DNA of 63,996 nucleotides, filler included, from Phoronis australis (lineage: Eukaryota > Animalia > Phoronida), in NCBI GenBank assembly GCA_002633005.1. It is 10 parts of 10 records of this genome, joined end to end, with 100 filler letters (N's around TTAATTAATTAA, not from the genome) between each part and the next. Parts side by side here need not be neighbours in the genome. Positions count along the whole stretch, not along the records: positions 1 to 23,032 come from NMRA01000992.1; 9 more parts are not named here. The stretch is one strand, 5' to 3'. This document shows positions 1 to 10,872 of the stretch, in pieces. Made by a program: the position numbers and the translations under genes. Every line of letters begins with the position of its first letter. Position 1 is the stretch's first letter. The notes beneath the pieces were generated by a model. The model saw only the letters and a program-made list of their open reading frames with translations, was not told where the DNA came from and ran no database searches.

Positions 1-1006
1 AGCCGACTGAGACATTGCGCGCTAACAGCCTGACCGAACAGTGCCGCAGTGCGATTTTGCAAGTGATATAAATAGGATAATCTGGACATCCTGCATGAAA
101 AATAAATGTTTTTCCACCACGAAGTTTGGTAAGGTGATCGTTTAAGAATGAATTGAAACATCGCTGTTTTGTGGCGTTTTATCACATATTTATGCCGTGG
201 CTCGAAATTTTATTGTTGATTGACGAGTGGCTCACCCCGATTCTTGTCTTAGGCCTACCTCTTTGCCGAGCAAGATTGGCACAACGGCAAGTGAGCAATG
301 CCGGGCGGTCGAGATAAAAAAGCTAGCCGCAGAACCATACGCTGAAAATGTCATTGAGTCACGGAGTGTCGACATCCCAAACACAAAAAACATCTGAGTT
401 AAGTTTATCAAACTTTTATTACAACTAATTTTAAAACTGCTCTCTGACTATGAATTTGGCAGCTAGTACGAGACTGTAACCATAAATTTGATGTCTGCTG
501 TGACCTCTGCAACAAGTGAAGCTTGCACGCGCGCACTTTAGCAAGGTCACGTGTTGAAATATTTGCAATCCAAGTAGAGGCTGCGTGGTCTCTGGTCGTC
601 TGCGCTGCGCAGGGCAAAGTAACAAGACCGCAGGACGGCACGGGGCTATTACTCAGCAATTCTGTAAATTTAATAGAGTGAATAACTAATCTGAGGGCAA
701 GAGAACCTTTGTTGGGATCATCCGCTGTTATGACATTTTCCCCGTCATGTGGCGACGTGACGATATCGGTCTTTGAAAAGTGCTACGCGTTCCGAGTGCG
801 TGTGTGTTGTGGGGACTTAGATCACGAGGTAAGATTAACCGCCCAGGGCGGTTGCCTGTCGTAATAAGCGCCCATGTTCGGTTAACCGCCCACCCTGGAT
901 TTCTTGAAGTTTCACGTTTAAGCGCCCATGTCTGCTTAACCGCCCACCCCCGATTTTTTGGGTTTGCCAATTTAACCGCCCAGGGCGTTAACCCGAACGA
1001 TTACGG
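1..1006. mobile_element. Non-autonomous Tc1/mariner-superfamily (pogo/Tigger-like) DNA transposon, left end outside window
   Basis: Ends ...GGCGTTAACCCGAACGATTACGG followed by TA (1007-1008). Has repeated subterminal TTAACCGCCCA/TAAGCGCCCA motifs at 835-983. Region ~376-797 is the reverse complement of 6357-6763, whose copy ends in the same terminal sequence, so the terminus is a TIR. Confidence 0.75.
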
Positions 1007-1007
1007 T

Positions 1008-1442
1008 AGGACAAGATTTTCTGCCTCAAACAATTTGCCCAGACACAGAACTTTGTTTTGTTCAAAGTCCGTCTTTATTCAGACCATCCAACAGAGGAAC
1101 AATCTGCCTAATAGTCTTAAGGATGCTGACTCTTATGACAATTTCAGACACCACCTCATCAGTTACCTGTGGTCGTCATAGATGTCCCTCCTTTTTGTCT
1201 TTCCAATATATTTACCATAAATTTTTTTATTTATTTTTATCTTTAATTCAATTTGTAAATGCAATTTGTAAATACTATTTGATTTGATGTATCTCATTGT
1301 ATCTTAATTTAATCTGTTTATCTAACTTAATTTAATTAATTTAATTTCTTGCTGCAGAGGACCATGCTGGATATTAGCCTTTGGCTAAAGCATGTTTTAC
1401 ATTTATTGTATTTTTATCCTCTATAAATAAAGTTTATTATTA

Positions 1443-1475
<33 letters not shown>
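1008..1475 (+). mobile_element. 3' end of an L2/CR1-group LINE with (TTA)n tail
   Basis: Encodes the RT C-terminal remnant RTRFSASNNL..PRHRT..SKSVFIQTIQQRNNLPNSLK, then AATAAA and (TTA)n. Near-identical to the reverse complement of 25442-25800 plus 24147-24250. Confidence 0.8.
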
Positions 1476-1476
<1 letters not shown>

Positions 1477-1803
1477 TTATTGCCCCTTTAGGGTCAAATC
1501 ACGCAGGGTCATCACCAAATTTAAGAAAAGTTGTTATTAAACAGGCGAAAAATACACAACTGTTGCAGCAGAAACATTTAACTTCTGAAACTAATGTTAG
1601 TTTGTACGCCCTTGTTTTGTAATTGGACAAAAAATACTGAAACCTAAAACAATTCACTTCTAACCTTTAAGTTAGCATAATTATTCACATTTCATTAATA
1701 TTGCTGTTTTTGTTTTTATTTTATTTCGAAAAAAATTTGAAATCTTTGTGAAATCATGATTAGCAAATTATGTAGCATAACAAAATGAAGCCTAGTTGTT
1801 CAC

Positions 1804-1919
1804 CTTAAGGCCATGTTCATCTGTGCCTGTAGAAAACAGTGTCTCATGTCCTAGAATACGGTGCCAACGACTGACCACATCAGCTATTAGTGCAGAGTAG
1901 AGGTGTCCAATGTGTGGAG
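1804..1919 (-). CDS. MARS2: Mitochondrial methionyl-tRNA synthetase, internal exon with the HIGH motif
   Basis: AG/GT-bounded exon reading (A)[38 protein letters not shown]. Contains the class I HIGH motif and the Met[11 protein letters not shown] motif. Phase matches the exon ending at 5226. Confidence 0.92.
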
Positions 1920-2445
1920 CTGTAAACAGAGACAACTACATAACAGTTCAATAACTCACACTTTATGGATAAAAAGGCACTTGCAACGTGTTAGAACAAT
2001 CAGTGACTAGCAGGAACAAAGGCATCCTCATCGTTAACAATTATTGCTGTAAATGGAGCTTAGCAACAACTGACCATGAAAATAAATCAATTATAAGTGT
2101 GTAAACAAAGCAAGTAAATGTTGTGCAATTAAGAGAACGTTAGTGGTCACATGATTCTGGTATGGGCACATTTGTTGACCATTCGTGCACTTCATTGGAT
2201 TTTCAGTATTGGATAACAATGCAAACTGCCCCAATACCTAAGTTGATGAACCGTATCTCCCTCCCTCGCTACCACCTCCCCTCTCTCCCTCTCTTGCTTT
2301 GCGAACCATTGTTGATGTTGAGTAGTGGAGGTGTTTTAAATCATCATAAATTACTTGGTCAGAGTCAAAAAACAAACCCAAAATTCTTGTTTCATAAGTC
2401 CAAAATTTCAACCAGCCAATGAACAATAACAAGTGACATAAACGG

Positions 2446-2561
2446 TACTATATTAAGCCATCTGAAGGCATAATTACTATATTAAGCCATCTGAAGGCAT
2501 AATTACTATATTAAGCCATCTGAAGGCATAATTACTATATTAAGCCATCTGAAGGCATAAT
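2446..2561. repeat. 29-bp tandem repeat x4 (TACTATATTAAGCCATCTGAAGGCATAAT)
   Basis: Four consecutive identical units read directly. Confidence 0.95.
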
Positions 2562-2600
2562 TCTTCTCAAGAATTGTCATAAGCAGACTAGGATATCTTT

Positions 2601-2640
2601 CAGTGGCGGATCTAGAAAACCATAAGGGGGGCCCAACGTT
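2601..2640 (+). mobile_element. Isolated hAT-type terminus (CAGTGGCGGATCTA...)
   Basis: First 14 nt are identical to the reverse complement of the terminus at 41841-41854. No partner end was found. Confidence 0.45.
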
Positions 2641-5225
2641 TTGTTTTGGGCAATCACGCAAAGCACAAATTGCATGCGCGCAACCAGCCAAAATGTAGCG
2701 GGTTCAAATTTCTGGGAATGTGGACCTTTTGCTAAAATACGGAGGACTAAAAAAAGTAAAAAAGGTGAAACCCTTGCTAAATCATGTCTCAGCCGCATGC
2801 TCATTAGCAGGATTAGGGTTAATTAACAAACTCGATATTTCCTCACGCTCTTACTGTTATATTTTGTTGGTGGCAGAACTTAAAGGGATAAAATATTACA
2901 AAGACACCTTTAAAATCACTTAAACTGGTTGCTACATATTTAAACTAGATGCATTGGACTTTTACCATTTCAAAAATATTTGCTGAAAAGTTATAGTTTA
3001 CAGTGTCATGTAGCTATTCTTAGTAAGATTCAACTTGTTAAAATAAATAAAACAAAATGTTAATGTAAAACTTTTTGTTTTTCTGTTGCTGCCACATGTT
3101 TGCAAAGAAGTACTTAGCTTTTGAGAACTTCAAGATGTAAAAACATTCATATATTAAAGAATTCTTACGGTGCTCTGGAGTATTAAGAACAAGAGACCTA
3201 AAGGAATAAATGTCAAGTTGCTGTTGCGTTGGAGTCAACGTGTTCTTTCTGCTCTGACCTGCTGTGTTTTGTGTTGAAAACTTCGATGCTGGGCATAAAG
3301 TGGTAGCAACCTGTCATATCATTGAGCATTTTTGTCACACCTTCACTGACTACAGTCACTCCTGTTGTTTTTTCAGTGTCTTGGGTGGCTTGTATGAAAT
3401 GGTCTCATAGCAAATGATCCCATCTTCTCACCTTACATATTTTTGACAAAACAAGAACCTTGATCTCGCAATCATTTAAAGAATTGATCTTTTTCCCGCT
3501 GAGCTTCAAAGATATTAAACTGCCATTTAGAAACAAAAGAGGAAATTGTTAGAGACCTAGGGATGAACAGAATGAAAATGGGAGATGAATAAAAATCTGT
3601 CAGAATATTCTCTGAAACTCGAAAAAAATGTCATCTTGAATCAAGAAATTCATAATCCTACCTGCGTGATATCCTTCAATGCCTCTCTTTAAAATTGAAA
3701 AGAAGGGATGAGTTAAAAAGATGGATGAAAAGCAACACGCTAATCACTAAATAACGACCAGCATCTGACACATGCAAGTTTATTAGCTCCACCTATTCCT
3801 AAATCATAATCCTAAATGTAATGTATTTAAATGTCTTGTTTTCACACTAGATGACAGCGCAGTCTTTTGGATCAAAATATGAATAAGTCGATGCTTTAAA
3901 CTATGCCATGCTGAATAAATTGTCTGCTTCACACTTTGTTATAAGAAAATACTGAAGTCCTGTCATAAACACTTTTGTAACATCACCTAAATTATTTACT
4001 TAGGCACGCATCAGAACCATCAAGGACATGGTAATTAAAGAAAATGCATTTGTACTGCAAGCTTAGGGCAAGTTCTACTTTAAAAAAATCAAATAACTAA
4101 AATTCGTTTTTATTATAATGTTTTAAACTTTATTGCATGTTTTATATTTTGACACTCGCATTTACTCATTAGTTTCGAATTAATGCACAAAAACAGTTTT
4201 CCTGATAACCACAGGTGTCAAATACAAAATGATTATCACTCTCATTCACATCAACATTGCTTACCATCTTAGGAGGTTGTTTTATACCTTTAATCAAATG
4301 CATTAAAAGTTAAAATCCGAGTGTACAATTCCTGCATTGTCCTACCTGTGATGATTTTGTGCAAAAGGTCAATCGGTGTATTTTGATTAAAAATATTGAA
4401 TCAATAACAAAAGACCAATGTAGCTTAAATGCTGCAAAGGTTTGAACCTTAGGCACAACAAATAATTTAATACTAAAAATTCTGAGCGTACTACGTCTGC
4501 CACACAAATCAACTTACATTGAACTGTCTGACAAAAATTTCTTAGACTGAAGATATCATCAAAAAATTAGTGTGTTGTACTTTGAAAACATTCCACTAAA
4601 TCATCCTATAAAGCAAAAATTGTGATTAAATGCACTTCATAGAAATTAACATTAATTTTTGTCAAAAATTCAAATTCTCTGCGTCCGGCCATCACACCAC
4701 TTTAAAGGCAATTTTTTCAGTCAGATAAAAAGATTGGAGAAAACTTGATACACACTTTGAAAGCTATGATGTATTATTTTCATAGCAAAATGAACATTTT
4801 TTCACAAATGGAATTGCCCACCCACGAGGACCACAAGGCAGGGTTGATGAACCAACTATGAAAATACAAGAACAGGTTTTAAGAAATTTTTAGTAAAGGG
4901 GTCAAATATAATCCCAAAAAGTTTAATTTGAATTTTATACATCTTATGCGCCCAACTTGGGTCCTGAGGCCTTAGCCGGCTTACGAATGAACATATTAAT
5001 ATCATTAATTTGAAAAAGAGGAAGTGCCCAGAGAAACAGTTTTGTACAACCAAGCATTAACAGATGCATGGTAGCTTTTACGTGACTCAGGTGTTAATTT
5101 GACGCATCAACTGGGAATGCAGCAAGTGTTCACGGCCAACAACACTTGTCACTCTCGCTTGCTAAGCGTAACAATGACAACAGTCTAAGGTAGGTGGTTA
5201 TTCAGCAGGAGCATCTCGTCTGTAC

Positions 5226-5283
5226 CTGAATTGACATAAAATATTGGGGTTGTGACAAAAAATAGGCCTTTTTGGGAAGCCAT
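5226..5283 (-). CDS. MARS2: Mitochondrial methionyl-tRNA synthetase, 5' coding exon (true start uncertain)
   Basis: Reads MASQKGLFFVTTPIFYVNS then a GT donor. TTPIFYVN is the MetRS motif preceding HIGH, and it splices in frame to 1919. Upstream in-frame stops are present. Confidence 0.8.
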
Positions 5284-5539
5284 GAGTATTGAAATATGAA
5301 CAATTCAACATTCACTGGTGTTCACACATTTGTTCCATGGGCGCAGACATCTTGTAACTCAAAACGAGGTTGAATAGGCCATGCTCCATATGTGCAAAAT
5401 ACTCGCCAAAATACAAAATTACGCGAGGTTTTGCGATAAATTGTCTTCAGTAGTGAGCGAAAGCACGTGACAACATCATCTAATTTTGTTGGTGGCTTAC
5501 AGTAAAGTCGCGCGATTTTCGTACCAAAACAATTCCAAT
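5284..5539. promoter_or_regulatory. Candidate bidirectional promoter between MARS2 (-) and ACOT9 (+)
   Basis: Divergent coding starts are about 0.25 kb apart. CpG-enriched, with E-box CACGTG (5464-5469), palindrome TCGCGCGA (5508-5515) and YY1-like AATATGGCCGC over the + strand ATG. Confidence 0.55.
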
Positions 5540-5559
5540 ATGGCCGCGCCCTGTGAAAG
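5540..5559 (+). CDS. ACOT9: Acyl-CoA thioesterase 9, candidate exon 1 (MAAPCE-R, phase 2)
   Basis: ATG GCC GCG CCC TGT GAA AG|GTTTGT. The phase-2 end completes AGG with the first base of exon 13822, giving an open Arg-rich leader MAAPCERANSRLLVYCMKRLR. Confidence 0.6.
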
Positions 5560-5951
5560 GTTTGTTTGTTTATCGTTTAGAGCCATGAAAGTTTTTTCAG
5601 GAATTGCTCCAATGCGAGTGTTGGGTTTTATTTTGCAACGAGTTCAAAATATCGGCAGGCCGGCATACAGTCCCTAGTCGTGTCCCAGGTACTCTGTGAA
5701 AACTCCCCAGACGGCGGTATACGGGTGCCGAGGCCGGAGCGCTGCATATATACTGGGGAGCCCAATGTTCGTCCGCCTAAGCATAAAACCGACTTGCTGT
5801 TGTACTCACCGAATTATTCCACTTCAAAGTTATGATCTGAATAGGATTCGATTTAACTCTCACAGATATACCGCATTCATCGATTCGGAAGTTTTCTTTA
5901 ATTTGTGCCGAGTTATTTCAAATGTGCACTGCCTTCGGCAGCCATTTTATT

Positions 5952-6356
5952 NNNNNNNNNNNNNNNNNNNNNNNNNNNNNNNNNNNNNNNNNNNNNNNNN
6001 NNNNNNNNNNNNNNNNNNNNNNNNNNNNNNNNNNNNNNNNNNNNNNNNNNNNNNNNNNNNNNNNNNNNNNNNNNNNNNNNNNNNNNNNNNNNNNNNNNNN
6101 NNNNNNNNNNNNNNNNNNNNNNNNNNNNNNNNNNNNNNNNNNNNNNNNNNNNNNNNNNNNNNNNNNNNNNNNNNNNNNNNNNNNNNNNNNNNNNNNNNNN
6201 NNNNNNNNNNNNNNNNNNNNNNNNNNNNNNNNNNNNNNNNNNNNNNNNNNNNNNNNNNNNNNNNNNNNNNNNNNNNNNNNNNNNNNNNNNNNNNNNNNNN
6301 NNNNNNNNNNNNNNNNNNNNNNNNNNNNNNNNNNNNNNNNNNNNNNNNNNNNNNNN
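5952..6356. other. Assembly gap (N run without linker)
   Basis: Run of N. Confidence 0.99.
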
Positions 6357-6802
6357 CTACTCGGAACGCGTAGCACTTTTCAAAGAGCGTTATCGTCACG
6401 TCGCCACATGACGGGAAAAATGTCATAACAGCGGATGATCATAACAAAGGTCATCATGCCCTCAGATTAGTTATTCACTATTAAATTTACAGAATTGCTG
6501 AGTAATAGCCCCGTGCTGTCCTGCGGTCTTGTTATTTAGCCCTGTAGAGCGCAGACGACCAGTGACCACGCAGCCTTGGATTGCAACTATTTCATCTTGC
6601 TAAAGTGCGCGCGTGCAAGCTTCACGTGTTGCAAAGGTCACAGCAGACATCAAATTTATGGTTACAGTCTCGTACTAGCTGCCAAGTTCATAGTCAGAGA
6701 GCAGTTTTAAAATTGGTTGTAATAAAAGTTTGAAACCTTAATTCAGATGTTTTTTGTGTTTGGCGGTTAACTGAGCATGGGCGTTAACGCGAACGTTTAC
6801 GG
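6357..6802. mobile_element. Second, inverted and internally deleted copy of the pogo-like element at 1-1006
   Basis: Reverse-complement match to ~376-797, then jumps to GGCGTTAACGCGAACGTTTACGG followed by TA. Confidence 0.75.
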
Positions 6803-7404
6803 TAATACATCATTTTAAAGAACTTTTTATGACGAATAATTTGCCAAAAAACCATTTTGATTAGACGTTCCTGTGTGAAGATGTTGACATTAAAGTCAAC
6901 TCAGCCGACAAAGAGAAGTCACTACGTACAATTGTGCGATTTCGAATTTTCATAAAATAACAACTACTTTAGGAATAAAACAAATAAGGTATCATTTTAA
7001 AGATTTTTCATCAGGAAAGTTGAAACTTGATAATTGATTGAGCAAATTATTGATATTATTTGTGGTAATGTTTTAACAATCATGCAGTTTGCAAGCCGCT
7101 TAACTTTGTCAAAATCAATTACATTAAATAAAAATTAAAGATAAACAAACATCATTTCAAAAATGTATTGATGACAAGTATGATAAATACAACATTTTAG
7201 TACAAGCTTCTGAAAGACATATACCTGTAATAAATAAAACTTTTACATAAACTTTCCACAACAATGTAATAAAATGAAGACCCTGTCTTGAGCCATCCAG
7301 TTCATGCTATAAAACCAACAACTGCAATATTCATAATCCTAAAATTGTCTCAAGTGATATGAACACAAAAAAGAATCAATGATGGACAGATAAATAAGTT
7401 CTCA

Positions 7405-7712
7405 AGACATCCTCAAGGAAGCAGGGGCCAAATCCTTTCAGTGACAATTGACAGTGGAGTACCTTCTAGTAAACAGACGCTAAGTGGATTTCCTTACACA
7501 GACTTGTGGTATCCTCAAGAAAGGGGGCCAAACCCTTTCACCTGACTACTGTATGTCAGTGGAGTACCTTAGAGACTTGTGGCATCCTCAAGGAAAGGGG
7601 GCCAAACCCTTTCACTGACTAAGTCAGTGGAGTACCTTACACAGACTTGTGGCGTCCTTAAGGAAGGGGGGGGGGGCATACCCTTTCTATCGTAAGTCAT
7701 TGGAGTATCTAT
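7405..7712. repeat. Imperfect ~70-100 bp tandem repeat, about 4 units
   Basis: Recurring CCTCAAG(G)AA..GGGGCCAAA.CCTTTCA...CAGTGGAGTACCTT..AGACTTGTGG units. Confidence 0.8.
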
Positions 7713-7725
7713 ATGCAACATTGAG

Positions 7726-7836
7726 TTATTCCAGCACTTCGAAGTCCCTTTGACCAAAGTCATCAATCATCCGAAAGGAGTAGATAGCCTCATCTTCGTC
7801 GTAATGGATATTAAACCAAGACAGATATCCGAGGAC
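7726..7836 (-). CDS. Candidate terminal exon encoding a Spin/Ssty (Tudor-like) repeat half, possibly a transposon-gene relic
   Basis: TTTCAG acceptor, then VLGYLSWFNIHYDEDEAIYSFRMIDDFGQRDFEVLE*. Resembles the recalled pattern W[FY]xIxYDxDxx[IV]Y.[FY].LxDD[FY]xxGD. No intact upstream exons were found. Confidence 0.45.
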   Translation of the reverse strand, partial: VLGYLSWFNIHYDEDEAIYSFRMIDDFGQRDFEVLE

Positions 7837-8319
7837 CTGAAAGAATACTATAATTCATAAATGATTTGTTGCTATGGCATATAAGAATTATTTAAACAGT
7901 GTTATGTGAAAATGTTACCCTACTTGGAAATTATGCACAACATTTTAACAAAGGTGACATAATACTATTAAACCACATGGTTGTGAAAAGAAAAAAGAAA
8001 TAGCTGGATAGGTCATGTCAGTATTTGTCTGACAGTGACTTAAGAGGTGGTGTTGGCATAGTGGAACTTCTTCGCGGACTCCTCAACAGCATCAGGAGCT
8101 GAAAAGCACCGCCTGATAGGTGGCGGGGAGAGCCAAATGAAGGAGGCTTTGACCGTGTGTCCATGAGATCATGTCCAACTGAATAACTGATAAAATGCAA
8201 GTAGAATCAGTAAAAGCAGGAAAGTAGAAGGATCTGGACCAAGAGCTAGAAGCTGAGTCTGCTGAGAAAGAAATGTGAGACATTGTCACGTTTTTCCCTG
8301 TGTTTGGGTGGGCGCAGGT

Positions 8320-8994
8320 TGTTACAGACCGGTGCTAATAGCTTTCGGTGCGAAGATTGACTGAAGACTGGTTCGAGTTAATCCTTTATTAATCCTGACC
8401 GTACGTTCACAAGCCTACTCAAACAAAACGTCCAACGTAATGTGCTGCAAAGCCTTGACTTGTGATGAACTTCTGAGACACGTTCAGCAACTGTTACACC
8501 CTTAGGTTCAATAACCTGCTGTCTCTATAGCTGGCTCTCTATTGACCATCACTGTAACTGCTGATTCTCTTCACTGCAACTCAACTGTGGTTCTCCTGAT
8601 TAACTTACTTGAACTCACCGATTAACTGACTTGATCTTCTCTTGAACTGACTTGATCTCACTGACTTAATCTTCTTGGACTCAAGTCACTAACACAAACC
8701 CGTGCTTGTGTATTTATAGCCTAATGCATTGTTCTCGAACTTTTCATCAATTCAAGCACATACCAGAACTTTCTGGAACCTACCCAATCATTCTACAAAC
8801 AGGTACTAGTCTCTAGAATATTCCAGACTGCATTAATCACTGTCATGCTAGAGTCTTCTAGAAAGTTCCACACTATTTTGTAGTAAACAAATTACATCAT
8901 CACTACTGAACTCAGTCTACTAGAAAGTTCCATAACTATTCTGTAGTAAACAAATTACATCACCATTGTACTTAACTCAGGGGTCATGCCAACA
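8320..8994 (-). mobile_element. LTR-retrotransposon long terminal repeat (~675 bp)
   Basis: TGTT...AACA termini. On the - strand, TATAAATA (8711-8718) lies upstream of AATAAA (8385-8390), with an internal duplication at ~8858-8965 in the U3 position. No TSD seen. Confidence 0.6.
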
Positions 8995-10554
8995 AAAAAA
9001 AACAAAACAACTAATAATACTGTCAGACTATATTCTGACAGACATGATGATGATAGAAACTGATAAATAGGAGTGAAATTATAAGAACAAAAATAATGAA
9101 GAAATAACTGGTTTGGTCCACATCAACTTCCAACAAAGCTTACCTGGAGGATATAGATCAGGGTGAGATTTATGAACAATCTAGGCAAACCTCACTTGTT
9201 CTGTTAAAAAAGTATATATACTGGCCCGTGGTCAGAAAAAAAGTTTATCAAAAGCATGTATATGTTTCTTAGTTGTGGACCACAAAGTCTTGGAAACACA
9301 GGACTGCAGTAGGACTGTATATTTGTAATATTTGTTTAATCTAAAATTAAAATATTTTCATTTTCTATCTTGACATATTCTGAATAAAATGTCATGACCA
9401 ATAAGGCAAAATGAGTGTGGACCTCTCTGGCAACAAGCCAACCCAAGTCTATCAGTGGCTTGACCAACAAAAATGTGAAGCAAAATAGAAAAATAAAAAT
9501 TAAATATAAGAATCATTGTTCTCACTACGAGAAATGACTGTTTAGTTCTCTTTTACATTGAGTTTTCATCAGGAAAAGTTGAAGTGCTTCAGTATTGTAA
9601 ACCAAACATTCAACGCGATTCTCAGGACCACCCCTAGCGGCAGTACCTGGAACTACGAAGTGAGTCAGAAATTCGCCTGCTTGTCAGAAATTGACGAAGT
9701 GTTCGTTTAGAACAAATGTTTGAAATAGTTCATTAATGAACCCTTTAGTGCGGAATACAGTTCATTACATTCGCAAATTATGCTATATACCAATAAATTC
9801 AGATCAAAGTTGAAGGTCGCGGGAACAGGCGACTTTTTCAATTTCTAAGTGTAGGAAAGTGAAAACTACTTTCATAATCGTGTTCGCAAGGCTCCCTTTT
9901 GTTCTTTCACAAAGTTTCACGTAAAAATTTGCGAGTTCAGTCTTCTGGGTTGAATACCAAATAGCAGTCATTTTTACCGGCAGCCATTTTGGTTCTTAAA
10001 AATCGGTCACGTCCCTGCAAAAAACTCATGCAAAGTATTATTAAACGAATTTTGTGACAAAAATATCAGATAAGTAAAAAATACATTGTTTCATACTTTG
10101 TGATAATTTTTATTCACATTTATTACATTTTTGAGTGATTTTTTGCCGATTGTAGTGAGGAAATTTTAGCACGGTGACAGATACGCGAAGCGATTCGCTA
10201 AAGAATGCTGTCCTCGCTAATATGACAAAGGTAAGCCTACAGCGGGGTCTATCGGCAGGCCGGGATACAGTCCCTAGTTGTGTCCCGGGTACTCTGTGAA
10301 AACTCTCCAGACGGCGGTTCACGGTGTCGAGTCCGACAGCTTGCAGGGTCTGGGGTGCCGAGCCCGGAGCGCGGCTGCTGGTCTGTCCCCTGCGTAAATG
10401 TGCGAAATTTTCTAAGTTCTGAGAAAATGTGTCAATTATTGGCCATTTGTGTAGGGTTTAGAAACGTTGGGTTGAAAAATTTGGCGAGTACAAAGAAATG
10501 TGTAAATGACTATCGGCGCGGGAGCACGGAATCACGGTAGCCGTCGGGTCGGAG

Positions 10555-10655
10555 CCTGGCCAGTGGAAGACAGGGGGCGCGCTTCCGAAGAGGCCAGTGG
10601 AAGACAGGGGGCGCACGTCCGTAATGGCCAGTTGAAGACAGTGGGCGCACGGGTA
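10555..10655. repeat. ~34-bp GC-rich tandem repeat x3 (GGCCAGTKGAAGACAG...GCGC)
   Basis: Three consecutive units visible. Confidence 0.8.
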
Positions 10656-10872
10656 CGTTCTCATTGGCGGAGCGCAGCCGGGACAGATTTGAAGTTTGTG
10701 GACTTTTCTTTTTGGGAAAGTGTCCGTGGGTTTTGGTCGCAAAACAAAAAGTGTCGATTTCACCCTCAATAATCGACACATTTTGAAATGCGCATTTTCA
10801 CTATACCCTATATCGTGCCACTGTTGCCTAGCTACATTGGTGAGAAACAATGAACATGACCCAGAAGCTTAA

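Noticed and set aside
2446-2561. CRISPR-like array of 29-bp repeats
   Set aside because: Units are contiguous without spacers, in a eukaryotic intron.
2238-3690. Exon-like or ORF-like stretches in the MARS2 intron
   Set aside because: MARS2 exons join in frame without them, no motif was recognised, and stops are present.
5696-6428. Long ORFs in the track spanning the N gap
   Set aside because: Artefacts of translating Ns.
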